This document shows positions 18,294-28,329 of a stretch of DNA of 64,000 nt, one piece after another. The first letter of the stretch is position 1. Each line of letters opens with the position of its first letter. The stretch comes from a virus: positions 1 through 64,000 of the IMG/VR virus record IMGVR_UViG_3300036820_000007. The stretch is one strand, 5' to 3'. The translations under genes and the position numbers were made by a program. The notes below the pieces were generated by a model. The model was not told where the DNA came from. It did no database searches and saw only the letters and a program-made list of their open reading frames with translations.

Positions 18294-18823
18294 TGATGAC
18301 AACTGGATGAACAGCCCGTCTTGAGGTCAGGGCGGTCTTCGACCCCAGGGTGATTCCCCAGGCGAAATCGCGTCGGGTCCGCGTCTTCAAGCGCCTGGCT
18401 TATATCGAACATGCTGTAGCCGTGAAGACCTTCGATCCTGCTCTTGACGTCGTCGCTCAGGTTGCCGTAAGCCCACACGCTGTCGACAAAGGCGGCAGGA
18501 GGGGAGGTCGGGGAGACTTCGAGGGCATACAGGCATGTCCCCGGGGCGACGCTCTTGCCGTACGCGCCGTCAGCGTGAAACAGCAGACGGCGGGTACCAG
18601 CAAAGCTCGGATTGTCGGGGATGGCGTTGGACATGTACTCCACCGTTCCGCCCCACGGGAAAGTATGCAGCTCACCCAGTGCTTGCGTGCCAGCGGACTG
18701 AGCCACCGCAGGCTGACAGCGGTGGCTCCCTGACCGAACCGCACACTTGCCTGGGCTGGGGTCTGGGCGATAACCACCGCCTGACAGCGCACCAGCGCTA
18801 TCTGCAAGCCCCCTGAGCAGCAC
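18294..18823 (-). pseudogene. TauD/TfdA-family Fe(II)/2-oxoglutarate dioxygenase remnant
   Basis: FHADGAY (HxD), FVDSVWAY, frameshifted AVHPVVIK truncated at the junction. Confidence 0.65.
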
Positions 18824-19073
18824 GAAACCCGTCCGCCACGCCAGGAAAGAGATCCAGGGCCCATGGAACCCCGTCCACCTGGCCCGCCAACGGGGCTGGT
18901 GTCATACCCTGGCCCTAAAGTCGGGCCCGGCCCGGGGTCCGCCCGCCATCTAGCGCCAGCCTTCAGCACCCGGGAAGTTCAGAGCTAGTATGGCTGCGCT
19001 CAGCTGGCCAGAAGGTCACCATGCACGGCGTATACTGCGTGGGCCCACGGGCTCGAACTAATCGGGAGTGCTT

Positions 19074-20954
19074 GTGCGATTGCTGATGATTCACGCCGAC
19101 CGCTTCTCCTTCGAGATTACCGGAAGAAGCAAGGCTACAGAATTAGCGAGCGCGCTTGCCCCTACTGAGGAGTCCGCGCAGGTCAAAGAGGTGCTCGTAA
19201 CTTTCGTCAGCGCTGAGAAAACGGATGAAGCCGCCCCCCGCGATGTCGCCGTCGAGGCCGCAAGCCGCATTCGTGAGACGGCTGGCAAGGTGGGAACGAA
19301 CCGCCTCATGGTCTACCCCTACGCGCACCTTTCGAGCAGTCTTGCCCGGCCAAGAATTGCCTCCGAGATCATTGATACACTCGTTGGCCAACTGCGGGCG
19401 GACCACAACTTTGAAACACACAGAGCACCGTTCGGCTTCTACAAGTCTTTCGATATAGCCGGTAAGGGGCATCCGCTCTCGGAACTGGCTATGACGATCG
19501 TTCCTCCTGAGACCGGGGAAGCGTCGGAGGACCCGTCCGTTACGGAGTCGCGCGCCCTCGCGGCTGAGAAGACTCTTGAATCTGAGTGGCGCATCTACCA
19601 GGCCGATGGCTCATTCGTTCTGGCCGACGAGTTCAACTTCCGCACGGACCAAGGGCTACGCGACCTCTACGCCTATGAGCGTGAGGGCACCCGCATCGCA
19701 GAGGACGCGCCACCTCACATCAGACTCATGCGCGAGCATGAACTCGTCGACTACGAGCCAGCCTCGGACGCAGGGAATCTCCGCTGGTATCCCAAAGGAT
19801 TGCTCGTCAAGCGCCTCCTAGAGCAACACATAACGCGGATGGTTCTCGACTACGGCGCCATGGAAGTCGAGACGCCGATCATGTATGACTACAATTACCC
19901 GGCGCTCCGCAAGTACCTGCAGCGCTTCCCGGCCCGGCAGTATGTCGTCAAGAGTGACGACAAGGACCTCTTCCTACGGTTCGCTGCCTGCTTCGGGCAA
20001 TACATGATCCAACATGACATGGTCACATCGCATCACGACCTCCCGGTTAGGCTATATGAGCTCACACATTTCTCCTTCAGGCGGGAGCAGGGGGGCGAAA
20101 TCGCGGGGTTGCGCCGTCTGCGGGCTTTCACCATGCCGGATATGCACAGTCTCGTGAGCGACATGGAGATGGCCAAGGAGGAATTTCTCAAGCAGGTCCA
20201 ACTGTGCTTGCGATGGCTGGATGATCTGGACCTGTCGTGTGTCCCCGCGATCCGCTTCGTGCGTTCCTTCCTAGGCGAGCACCCGGGGTTTGTAGAGGAT
20301 CTGATGCGGGCCCTTGGCCGTCCCGCCCTCATCGAGGTGTGGGACGACCGCTTCTTTTACTTCGTCGCCAAGTTTGAGATGAATTTCATCGACGCCGCGA
20401 AGAAGGCCGCCTGCCTGTCCACCGTGCAGATCGACGTCGAGAATACCGACCGGTTCGACATCAATTACGTGGCCGAGGATGGCCAGAAGCGGCACCCGCT
20501 CCTCATGCACACCTCGGTCTCCGGATCTCTCGACCGGAACGTCTATGCGATCCTGGAAACCCAGGCGATGCGCATGTCGCGCGGTGAGAAGGGCGCCTGG
20601 CCGGTGTGGATGGCACCGATCCAAGTCCGTCTGGTGCCCGTCACTGACAATCACATCCAAGGTGCCCTGCGCTTGGCGGAGGAAATTCCCTTCCGGGTTG
20701 ACGTTGACGACAGAGACGTCAAGCTGGGGAAGAAAATTCGTGACGCGGAGAAGGAGTGGATTCCGTACACGCTTGTGGTGGGCGAGAAAGAACTCTCTGG
20801 GGGCACCCTGACGGTCCGGCCACGCCTAGGCGCGCAGGAGGAGATGCCGGTCGCCTCCTTTATCGAGAGGCTAGCGACTGAGACGGTCGGGCGGCCGGAG
20901 CGGCCGGCCAACACGCCGCGCCTACTATCGCGGCGCCCCATCTTCGTCGGCTGA
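19074..20954 (+). CDS. thrS: threonyl-tRNA synthetase, archaeal type
   Basis: Archaeal editing domain (MRLLMIHAD, YPYAHLSS, APFGFYK, KGHPLSEL); class II core with RFAAC, FRREQ, FTMPDMH, HTSVSGS; anticodon-binding domain. Confidence 0.93.
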   Translation: MRLLMIHADRFSFEITGRSKATELASALAPTEESAQVKEVLVTFVSAEKTDEAAPRDVAVEAASRIRETAGKVGTNRLMVYPYAHLSSSLARPRIASEIIDTLVGQLRADHNFETHRAPFGFYKSFDIAGKGHPLSELAMTIVPPETGEASEDPSVTESRALAAEKTLESEWRIYQADGSFVLADEFNFRTDQGLRDLYAYEREGTRIAEDAPPHIRLMREHELVDYEPASDAGNLRWYPKGLLVKRLLEQHITRMVLDYGAMEVETPIMYDYNYPALRKYLQRFPARQYVVKSDDKDLFLRFAACFGQYMIQHDMVTSHHDLPVRLYELTHFSFRREQGGEIAGLRRLRAFTMPDMHSLVSDMEMAKEEFLKQVQLCLRWLDDLDLSCVPAIRFVRSFLGEHPGFVEDLMRALGRPALIEVWDDRFFYFVAKFEMNFIDAAKKAACLSTVQIDVENTDRFDINYVAEDGQKRHPLLMHTSVSGSLDRNVYAILETQAMRMSRGEKGAWPVWMAPIQVRLVPVTDNHIQGALRLAEEIPFRVDVDDRDVKLGKKIRDAEKEWIPYTLVVGEKELSGGTLTVRPRLGAQEEMPVASFIERLATETVGRPERPANTPRLLSRRPIFVG

Positions 20955-21173
20955 TCGACCCTTAACCATCTTTGGTCGCGAGAATTGTGGACGTTTGCGT
21001 CAAGTTTCATGCGGCGGAAGAGATTCGCGCGCTCTGAACCCTTGGGCTCTTGATTCTCTATTAGCGCAGGTTGCTGTCTGCCTGCGGCTAAGGGATCGCG
21101 ACTGCCGCCGCGTTCGGTCCCAGCGTTCGGTCCCAGCGGCAGTGACCAGCACCGAACCATCCAGTAGCCGACG

Positions 21174-21411
21174 GTTCCGCTTCGCACCGGGCCAGGGCTG
21201 AGAGCGGCTCATTCTGGGCTATGTGCGCTGCAGCGTAACCGCCGACGCACACGGCGACCGGCCTGCTGCCCCCGTCGCGGATGCCGGTGCCCCACGCCCA
21301 GTCCTCATCATCGACATGCCAGGCGCCGCCCTCGCGGAGGACCTTCGGGCCCGCGGCCCGCTTGCCGGTTTCGATCTGTTCCCGCAGCCACGTCGCCAGT
21401 GCGTCGCTCAC
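21174..21411 (-). pseudogene. DUF6221-like gene, N-terminal half
   Basis: LATWLREQIE...HIAQNEPLSALARCEAE, then sequence switches at the junction. Confidence 0.75.
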
Positions 21412-21437
21412 GCCCTCCATCCTGCCAGGAGGTGAGC

Positions 21438-23054
21438 GTGAGCGAGCCGCCTGCCGACCCGCTGGCTCTCGAACGGTTCCGGATCCTGGCGCAGCTGTAC
21501 GCGGCCCGCCAGCGCTCCGAGCAGGTGTCCAGCACCCTGGCGGGGTATCTGGACGACCCGCTCGCCTTCATCGACAACTGCGTGGTGTTCCGCCCGGGTG
21601 GCGGCCTGACGGCTTACCAGCGGGAGATCATCGAAAGCCTGGTGACGAAGAAACGGGTCGCCGTCCGGGGACCGCACGGCCTTGGGAAGACTACGACCAG
21701 CGCACTGATCATCTTGTGGTTCAGCCTGACCCGGGAAGCAGCTGGCAGGGACTGGAAGTGCGTGGCCACGGCGGGCGGCTGGCGGCAGCTCGAGCACTAC
21801 CTGTTCCCGGAGATCCGCAAGTGGGCTAAACGGCTGAACTGGGAGGCCCTGGAGCGCCCGCCGCTGGATGAGCGCAGCGAGATGATGCGGCTGAACCTGA
21901 AGCTCCGGCACGGGGAAGCCTTCGCCGCGGCCTCGGATAAGCCCGAACTGATCGAGGGCGCGCACGCCGACTCGATCCTGTACGTCTTCGACGAGTCAAA
22001 AGCGATCATCGCCGACACGTTCGACGCGGCAGAGGGCGCGTTCTCGGGCCAGGAGGCCGACGAAGGGCTCGAGGCCTATGCGCTGGCCATGTCGACCCCC
22101 GGCGAGCCGTCGGGGCGGTTTTACGAGATCCACCGGCATGCTCCGGGCCTGGAGGACTGGCACACCCGGCATGTGACGCTCGAGGAAGCGATCGCCGCCC
22201 GGCGGGTGTCCAGGAAGTGGGCTGAGCAGCGTGCAAGACAGTGGGGGACCACTACCGCCGTCTATAACAACCGCGTCCTCGGGGAATTCTGGAGCTCGGA
22301 TGAGGACGCGCTCGTACCGCTGTCGTGGATAGAGGCCGCGCAGGAGCGCTGGCAGGCCTGGGTGGACGACGGTCGGCCGGAGCAGCCCGCGCCGCACATG
22401 ATCGGCGTGGACGTAGCCAGACAAGGTGTAGACAAAACGGTCTTCGCCATCCGCGAGGGGTTCATCATCCGGGAACTGCGCACCAGCGTGCGCGAGGACA
22501 CGATGGCGACCACCGGGCGCGTCAAGGGGCTGCTCGAGGCCGACCAGGATGCTACGGCCATTGTCGACGTGATCGGGATTGGTGCTGGAGTAGTCGACCG
22601 CCTGCGCGAGATGAACATGCGGGTGGAGCCGTTCACTGCCTCGGCAGGGACCAAGCGCCGGGACGCATCGGGCGAACTGGGATTTTCCAACCTCCGAAGT
22701 GCGGCCGCGTGGAACGCCAGGGAACTGCTTGACCCGGCGCGTAATGCCAAACTGGCCCTTCCTCCCGATGATGAACTGCTTGGCGACCTGACGTCAATTC
22801 ACTGGAAGCCGATGTCGGGCGGCAAAATTCAGATCGAGAGCAAGGATGATATCCGCAAGCGCATCGGCCGTTCAACCGACCGGGCCGACGCGGTTATGTA
22901 TGCCCTGTGGGGAACAGGCGTTTCATGGCTGGATGCATATAACGTAATGGTGTGCGAACATTGCGACCGTGGCTTTGTGCGCAAGCCGGACCGCAATAAG
23001 TGCCCGCACTGCAAAAAGATTATTGACAATGACCTCGAAATCGAAAGCGCTTAG
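21438..23054 (+). CDS. terL: terminase large subunit
   Basis: Walker A GPHGLGKT, Walker B YVFDE, nuclease GVDVAR and DRADA, C-terminal Zn ribbon. Confidence 0.92.
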   Translation: MSEPPADPLALERFRILAQLYAARQRSEQVSSTLAGYLDDPLAFIDNCVVFRPGGGLTAYQREIIESLVTKKRVAVRGPHGLGKTTTSALIILWFSLTREAAGRDWKCVATAGGWRQLEHYLFPEIRKWAKRLNWEALERPPLDERSEMMRLNLKLRHGEAFAAASDKPELIEGAHADSILYVFDESKAIIADTFDAAEGAFSGQEADEGLEAYALAMSTPGEPSGRFYEIHRHAPGLEDWHTRHVTLEEAIAARRVSRKWAEQRARQWGTTTAVYNNRVLGEFWSSDEDALVPLSWIEAAQERWQAWVDDGRPEQPAPHMIGVDVARQGVDKTVFAIREGFIIRELRTSVREDTMATTGRVKGLLEADQDATAIVDVIGIGAGVVDRLREMNMRVEPFTASAGTKRRDASGELGFSNLRSAAAWNARELLDPARNAKLALPPDDELLGDLTSIHWKPMSGGKIQIESKDDIRKRIGRSTDRADAVMYALWGTGVSWLDAYNVMVCEHCDRGFVRKPDRNKCPHCKKIIDNDLEIESA

Positions 23055-23347
23055 CGGCGCGGCGGTGATGCTAGCGAATGCACCGGGCAGCCACCTCTGT
23101 AGCTGCCGCGGGCGACAAGATCAGGCGGGCAGATGCATACCGCTTCCCTGAAAAGATCAGCGAGGGAAGCCGCAAGCGACGCCGTCTCGTCCTCGGGCAG
23201 TTCGCCGGCCTCGGCACGCAGTGCATGCAGCGCGAGGTCAACGGTGGGAATGGCTTCGGAGTTGCTCTGCGCCTCGTCGAGCGCCTGCTGGAGCAGCTTC
23301 TCGATCCAGTCGCTCCACGGGCTGCCTGCATCGTCGGCGGCGCTCAT
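23051..23347 (-). CDS. hypothetical protein
   Basis: ORF; CIC...GCPVH. Confidence 0.5.
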   Translation of the reverse strand: MSAADDAGSPWSDWIEKLLQQALDEAQSNSEAIPTVDLALHALRAEAGELPEDETASLAASLADLFREAVCICPPDLVARGSYRGGCPVHSLASPPRR

Positions 23348-23943
23348 GCTGCAGCCCCCTTGCGTTCGGTGACGAGCAGGCTGCCCGCCCGCATCCTGGT
23401 GCCGTAGCCGAGCCCTTCCAGGACTTCGGCGCAGCGGGCTAGCGTCTCCCGCTCGCCGCGGACCGCAGTGCCGCCATCTGCTGCCTTCGCGGCGAAGCCG
23501 GGGCCATCCTTGCCGCGGGCGCGCTGCAGGCCTGCGCTAGCCAGCAAGTGGGAGATGGCATTGGGCTGCACCGCCGCGTCCCCACCGCGCTTCCGGGCGT
23601 AGTAGTCGCGCGATTTTTGCTGGCTGCCGCACCGGGCCGAGCAGAACCTGGCTGCTGAGGCGCCGCTGCCGGCTCCCCAGAACGTTTTGCGGCAGGTGGA
23701 GTTCGCGCACACCTTCTCCGTCGTCCCGGTCGGCCGCAACGCTATGTCGATCTCCACGCCGCCGGTCCTGACCCGCACGCAGCCGGGGGGCGCGTCGTTG
23801 CAGAACGAGACCGCCTTGCTGCGCCCGGCGAGCATCTTCCCGATGCGGGTGCGGATCTGCTCCATTGCGGTCCTGCATTCCGGGGTGCTGGCGGCGGCGG
23901 GATCAGGCTCGATCCACCACGGCCTGCCTGGGTTTGAGTTCAT
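23344..23943 (-). CDS. Zn-finger (CxxxxC...FCSARC) DNA-binding protein
   Basis: CANSTC and FCSARC; TACGCT 6 nt before ATG suggests a leaderless mRNA. Confidence 0.6.
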   Translation of the reverse strand: MNSNPGRPWWIEPDPAAASTPECRTAMEQIRTRIGKMLAGRSKAVSFCNDAPPGCVRVRTGGVEIDIALRPTGTTEKVCANSTCRKTFWGAGSGASAARFCSARCGSQQKSRDYYARKRGGDAAVQPNAISHLLASAGLQRARGKDGPGFAAKAADGGTAVRGERETLARCAEVLEGLGYGTRMRAGSLLVTERKGAAA

Positions 23944-24697
23944 GCGGCCAGCGTATCACAAGTGACCAGGCTGCCACTGGGCGGCTAGTAACATGTAAGG
24001 AGAGTCTGTTGGACGAGCGTCAGGCCGCGAGCCTTCGCGCCTACCTGGCCCAGCGCGGCATCAGCGTCCCCGGCACCGGGGGATTCACCCCTGACCAGAT
24101 GGCCGCGCTGATGCAGATGCTGACCCAGCCCGTACCGCCGTCCGAGGACGCCGCCACGGCCACGCCGATGTTCGCCGCCGCCGTCGGCGTGCACGAGCTG
24201 TTCAAGGTGCTCACTGCGGCAGGGTTCACCGAGGACCAGGCGCTGAAGTACCTGGCCTACGCCGCTACGTCCGGCTCCGGCGGATGATGCCGCCGGGCCG
24301 GGCGTCAACGCCGCCTGCCCGCAGGGGCACCAGCGCGCGCATGCAGCGAAGGCGGGGGGAGGCGCCTGCTTCCTCTCGGGTGCCGTCGACCGCCGCCTGC
24401 GCCCGGCCCGGCATCACCGGCAGCGGCAGCCAGGCCTGACGTGCACCATGTTCCCGCCGGGCAGCGAGTAGCAGGCCGAGTCTCGCGCTGGGGCGTAGCC
24501 ACGCGTCCTGCCCGGCCAGATGAACACCGGCCGCGGGTCGGCATCCGCGCACGTCTGGCAGCCGCCGACTGCGCTCAGGTGACGATGCGGCCCGGGGGTG
24601 CCGCATTCGGGACAAGTCTCAGCGAGAAAGCGCGCCAGCTCGCCGCTGCCCATGTCGTCATTGTTCCACGTCACCGCACCGGGCCGGGGTGAGTCCA

Positions 24698-24960
24698 TGA
24701 TCAGTCAGCACGAGCGTCCGGCCAGCCACGTCCGGATCGCCACGCGCGGCAACGCGGCAACAGTCGAGATCGACGGCCACGAGATCCGCGCCGTGAGCAA
24801 GGTGTCGCTTACCCTGGACGACGACGGCCCCCCGGTACTGAAGCTGGCGCTGCTTGCCGTCAGCGGGCTGGACGTGGACACCGAAGCCATGATCGTGCTC
24901 GACAAAGCCACCCGAAAAGCCCTGGAAGCCATGGGCTGGACGCCGCCGGGTGCCACATGA
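24698..24960 (+). CDS. hypothetical protein
   Basis: ORF with phage codon usage. Confidence 0.55.
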
Positions 24961-25453
24961 GCAAACTTGCCGAGTCGTTCTCGGTTGCAGCCACCGCGCT
25001 GCATGACTTCGCCGTCGCCATGCTTTGCTGCGGCGTGACCGGTGGCGCCCACCCCGAAGGCGCCCCTCCGGCTGAGTACATCTGGACTCACGACCTGCCA
25101 CGCTGGTTTCCCGACGGCCTCGAGACCCCACTTTGCGCGGCGTGCTGCGCCCAATGGCGCACCGATGCAGAAGCGCGCCCGGAACTGACGCCGTTGCGCA
25201 TCCGGTCCATCCCCAAGCCGGTTACAGACTGCGCTGATCCGGTCGCATGGCGTTACGGCAACCGTTAGCATGAGGAATCCGGGAAGAGCGGGATGAGGGC
25301 GGCGCCCCCGGGACCGCCCAGCCCCGCCTGCCGGAACTGGGGCGCGCCGGGAAGCGCGAGAGGCCGGATATGGCAGGGGGGGCTCTGTCTGGCCCGTGCT
25401 TCCCAGCGCACCCCTCCAGTTATGACCGGCAGTAACTAAGAGGAGTCTCCCCG

Positions 25454-25768
25454 ATGCCGAACGCAAGTATCACCGTCCTGCGCGAGCGTGCCGACGAACT
25501 GACCGATGCCGAAATCGCCGAACTCCTCACCGCAGGACTCGGGATCATCCATACCCTGCACCAGGACCACGGCGACATCCGCAAGATCTGGGATCCCGAA
25601 GAGGACGACGACGTGGCCGATGCCCGGCGCTCGTTCAAGGACCTCACCTCGAAGGGCTACCGGATCTACCGGGCTGAAGGCAAGAAGGGCGACCGTGGCG
25701 AGATCATGCGCGAGTTTGAGCCCGCAGCCGGCCGCCTGATCGCAGTGAAGCAGAACGTAGGCGGCTAA
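25454..25768 (+). CDS. small protein ending in Val-Gly-Gly
   Basis: AGAGGAG RBS; C-terminus KQNVGG. Confidence 0.7.
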   Translation: MPNASITVLRERADELTDAEIAELLTAGLGIIHTLHQDHGDIRKIWDPEEDDDVADARRSFKDLTSKGYRIYRAEGKKGDRGEIMREFEPAAGRLIAVKQNVGG

Positions 25769-25770
25769 CT

Positions 25771-26409
25771 GTGGCCGATGTCTGGCCGTACTGGGTGTCG
25801 ACCGCTACCACTGTCCCGCTGATGGTCACATCCAGCACTGCCACCACTACCTGGGTTTCGTGGAACACGACCGCTACCACGGGAACCGTCGGCGTCTGGG
25901 GCAACTGGAATCAGACGTACGTGGTCACGCAGCCCATCATCCTGCAGCCAGGCGAAGTCTGGGGCGCATGGAATATCCAGTGCCAGCCCGTCCAGGTCCA
26001 GCCTGAAACTGCCGAGCAGCGGGCGGCTCGCGAGGAGCATGCGCGCCGGCGGAACGCGGATCAGGCACACAGGCGCCAGGTCCGCGAGCGGGCCCGGGAC
26101 AAGGCGCTGGCCTTGCTGATGTCTTTCCTGGACGACGATCAGCAGCGCACCTACCGCGACCAGGGCTACTTCGACATCGCAGGCTCTCGCGGCCGACGCT
26201 GGCGGATCGAGGACCGCGGGCAGTCCGGGAACGTGCTGCTCCTGCCATCGGACGGGGAGGTGGCTGAGTCGTTCTGCTGCCATCCGCCGGGCGGACTGCC
26301 GGACGCTGATGCTCACCTGGCCCAGATGCTGCACCTGGTCACCGACGAGGACGATTTCGAGCGCACGGCCAACCGGTCCGGCAGGCGGCACCTGACGGCA
26401 GTGGCATAA
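25771..26409 (+). CDS. conserved hypothetical protein (FCCHP...DAHLAQMLHL...FERTAN)
   Basis: Starts 2 nt after upstream stop. Confidence 0.7.
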   Translation: MADVWPYWVSTATTVPLMVTSSTATTTWVSWNTTATTGTVGVWGNWNQTYVVTQPIILQPGEVWGAWNIQCQPVQVQPETAEQRAAREEHARRRNADQAHRRQVRERARDKALALLMSFLDDDQQRTYRDQGYFDIAGSRGRRWRIEDRGQSGNVLLLPSDGEVAESFCCHPPGGLPDADAHLAQMLHLVTDEDDFERTANRSGRRHLTAVA

Positions 26410-26411
26410 CG

Positions 26412-26792
26412 ATGCGCTCGCCGATCGTCCGCCGCCCCGTGTTCGACCAGGTGGTGGGTGCCGTGGTGCGCCTGGAGGCCCAGCTCGAGGGTGCGCGGCG
26501 CGAAGTCATCGTCGCCCGGGAAGAGCTCGCGAAAACGCAGCTGGCCGAGCCGCCGCTGTCGCCTGAAGAGGCCGCCGAGCTGTGGCGGCAATTCCGCGGG
26601 CGGCTCTGCCAGCACTGTCTGGGCGCGCACGCCCGGGCATGCCCGCGGGTGCGGGAGCTGTCGTTCCACCCGGACGCGAAGCTGAGCCGGGTCAGGTTCT
26701 GGCGCGATGGCGAATGGTCCGATGACGGAGTGCTGTGGCCCGAAGACCTGCCGCCGGAGCCGGGCACTGAGATATCGCAGGAGGCAGCATGA
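26412..26792 (+). CDS. hypothetical Zn-binding protein
   Basis: CQHC...HARAC. Confidence 0.6.
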   Translation: MRSPIVRRPVFDQVVGAVVRLEAQLEGARREVIVAREELAKTQLAEPPLSPEEAAELWRQFRGRLCQHCLGAHARACPRVRELSFHPDAKLSRVRFWRDGEWSDDGVLWPEDLPPEPGTEISQEAA

Positions 26793-27436
26793 CGGATGCG
26801 GGGTACCGGCACCTGGTCCTGGTCGTCGACCGGTCCGGATCGATGACGAGCGTCGCCGGCGACATGAACGGCGGCATCCGGAACTTCGTCAGCGAGCAGG
26901 CCGCCGTGCCGAAGCGCACCACGATGTCGCTGTACCAGTTCGACACCGAGCACGACGAGGTGCGCACGTTCGTGCCGCTGACGGCGAATGCCCTTGGGGA
27001 CTGGCAGCTGGTCCCCCGAGGTGCGACGGCCCTGCTCGATGCGGTCGGCACGGCCATCCAGCGCACCGGGGAGTCGCTGGCCGGAAAGCCTGAGGCTGAG
27101 CGCCCAGGCGAAGTGGTCGTCATGATCGTCACCGACGGTTTCGAGAACTCCAGCCGCGAGTACGGGCTGACGCAGGTCAAGGAGATGATCACACGCCAGC
27201 GCGAGCAGTACGGCTGGGTGTTCATGTTCCTCGGCGCTGATCAGGACGCATTCGACGCGGGCTCATCGATGGGGGTGCCCGCCATGAACACGGTCAGCTA
27301 CCGCTCGGCGAACACGGCGGCGGCGTGGACGACCCTGTCCGCCTCGGCGACACGAGGCGCGGCCGGCCAGGGCATGGGATACGGCTTCACTCCGGATGAG
27401 ACGGCTGTGCTGGATGCCGAGCCGTCCCAGCCATGA
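26789..27436 (+). CDS. von Willebrand factor A domain protein
   Basis: MIDAS DRSGSM, TALLDA, TDGFENSS. Confidence 0.88.
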   Translation: MTDAGYRHLVLVVDRSGSMTSVAGDMNGGIRNFVSEQAAVPKRTTMSLYQFDTEHDEVRTFVPLTANALGDWQLVPRGATALLDAVGTAIQRTGESLAGKPEAERPGEVVVMIVTDGFENSSREYGLTQVKEMITRQREQYGWVFMFLGADQDAFDAGSSMGVPAMNTVSYRSANTAAAWTTLSASATRGAAGQGMGYGFTPDETAVLDAEPSQP

Positions 27437-27641
27437 CCGCCACCGTTACCTCGACCCCGGCATCCGCACTGCCCGGCCAGGTGGTCGGCAAGCCGATCCG
27501 GCTTCCCCACGTCATGCTGTGCACCCAGGGCGAAAGCTTCTGCGGGTGGGTGCGCACCGCGAACACGCGTCTCGAGCTCGCCGAGCTCATGGCCGAGCGC
27601 CGCAAGCACGAAGAAAATTGCCTCGGCGGCCTGATAGTGCC

Positions 27642-27914
27642 GTGATCGCCGAAGACGACGTTCGCCGCAAGATTGCCGCCGACCTGCTGACCGCCAACGC
27701 AGACATGCAGCGCGCGCTCGCAGACGACCTGCGCGACTGCGTTGACTACGCCCGGCGTTCGGGCCTGAGCTGGCGGGCCATCGGCAAGGTCCTCGGCATG
27801 CCCTGGACCACCCTGTTCGGCTACATGAAGGCCGGGTCGCCGGTCCCCGTCGTGCGCGGATATCACACACCGAATAGCCGTAACGCTGAGTTATCCAGCG
27901 ACAACAGGGTGTGA
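27642..27914 (+). CDS. HTH DNA-binding protein
   Basis: ARRSGLSWRAIGKVLG. Confidence 0.65.
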   Translation: MIAEDDVRRKIAADLLTANADMQRALADDLRDCVDYARRSGLSWRAIGKVLGMPWTTLFGYMKAGSPVPVVRGYHTPNSRNAELSSDNRV

Positions 27915-27930
27915 CCAATACACTCCCGGC

Positions 27931-28329
27931 ATGGCAGCTATTGTCGCCGCGCTGATCACGGTGGCCGGGACGGTCCTCTCGGCCCTGATCGCCGCCCGCC
28001 ACCGCGATATCCAGCCCGTTCCCCGCAACGGCGGCTCCTGGGAACCGCCCGTACGCGGCCCGTACTCGGTGGTGAGCACCGAGCCGGGCACCAGGCGCCT
28101 GAGCCGCAGCGTGTGGTTCGGTACGGCCAGCCTGATCGCCTGGTTCCTCCCGCTCATCGGGATACCGCTGGCACTGGCCGGGATCGGCATCGGCGTGTCG
28201 GACATCTCCGCCGCGGCCCGGCGGGCATATGCGCGGACCGGGGTCTACCTGGCCGTGATCGGGCTGATGGCCGCGGTGGCCAACTCGGCGATCGGGGCGT
28301 ACCTGGGGGCGCAGGCGGGGCTGCGGTGA
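27931..28329 (+). CDS. membrane protein (DUF4190-like)
   Basis: Three hydrophobic segments. Confidence 0.55.
   Translation: MAAIVAALITVAGTVLSALIAARHRDIQPVPRNGGSWEPPVRGPYSVVSTEPGTRRLSRSVWFGTASLIAWFLPLIGIPLALAGIGIGVSDISAAARRAYARTGVYLAVIGLMAAVANSAIGAYLGAQAGLR

Larger units (their letters stand above)
18294..21176. mobile_element. 2.9-kb foreign DNA insertion (no transposase) splitting the DUF6221-like gene
   Basis: Removal restores in-frame ARCEAE-LAILDEH; GTT at both junctions; GC appears lower than flanks. Confidence 0.75.
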
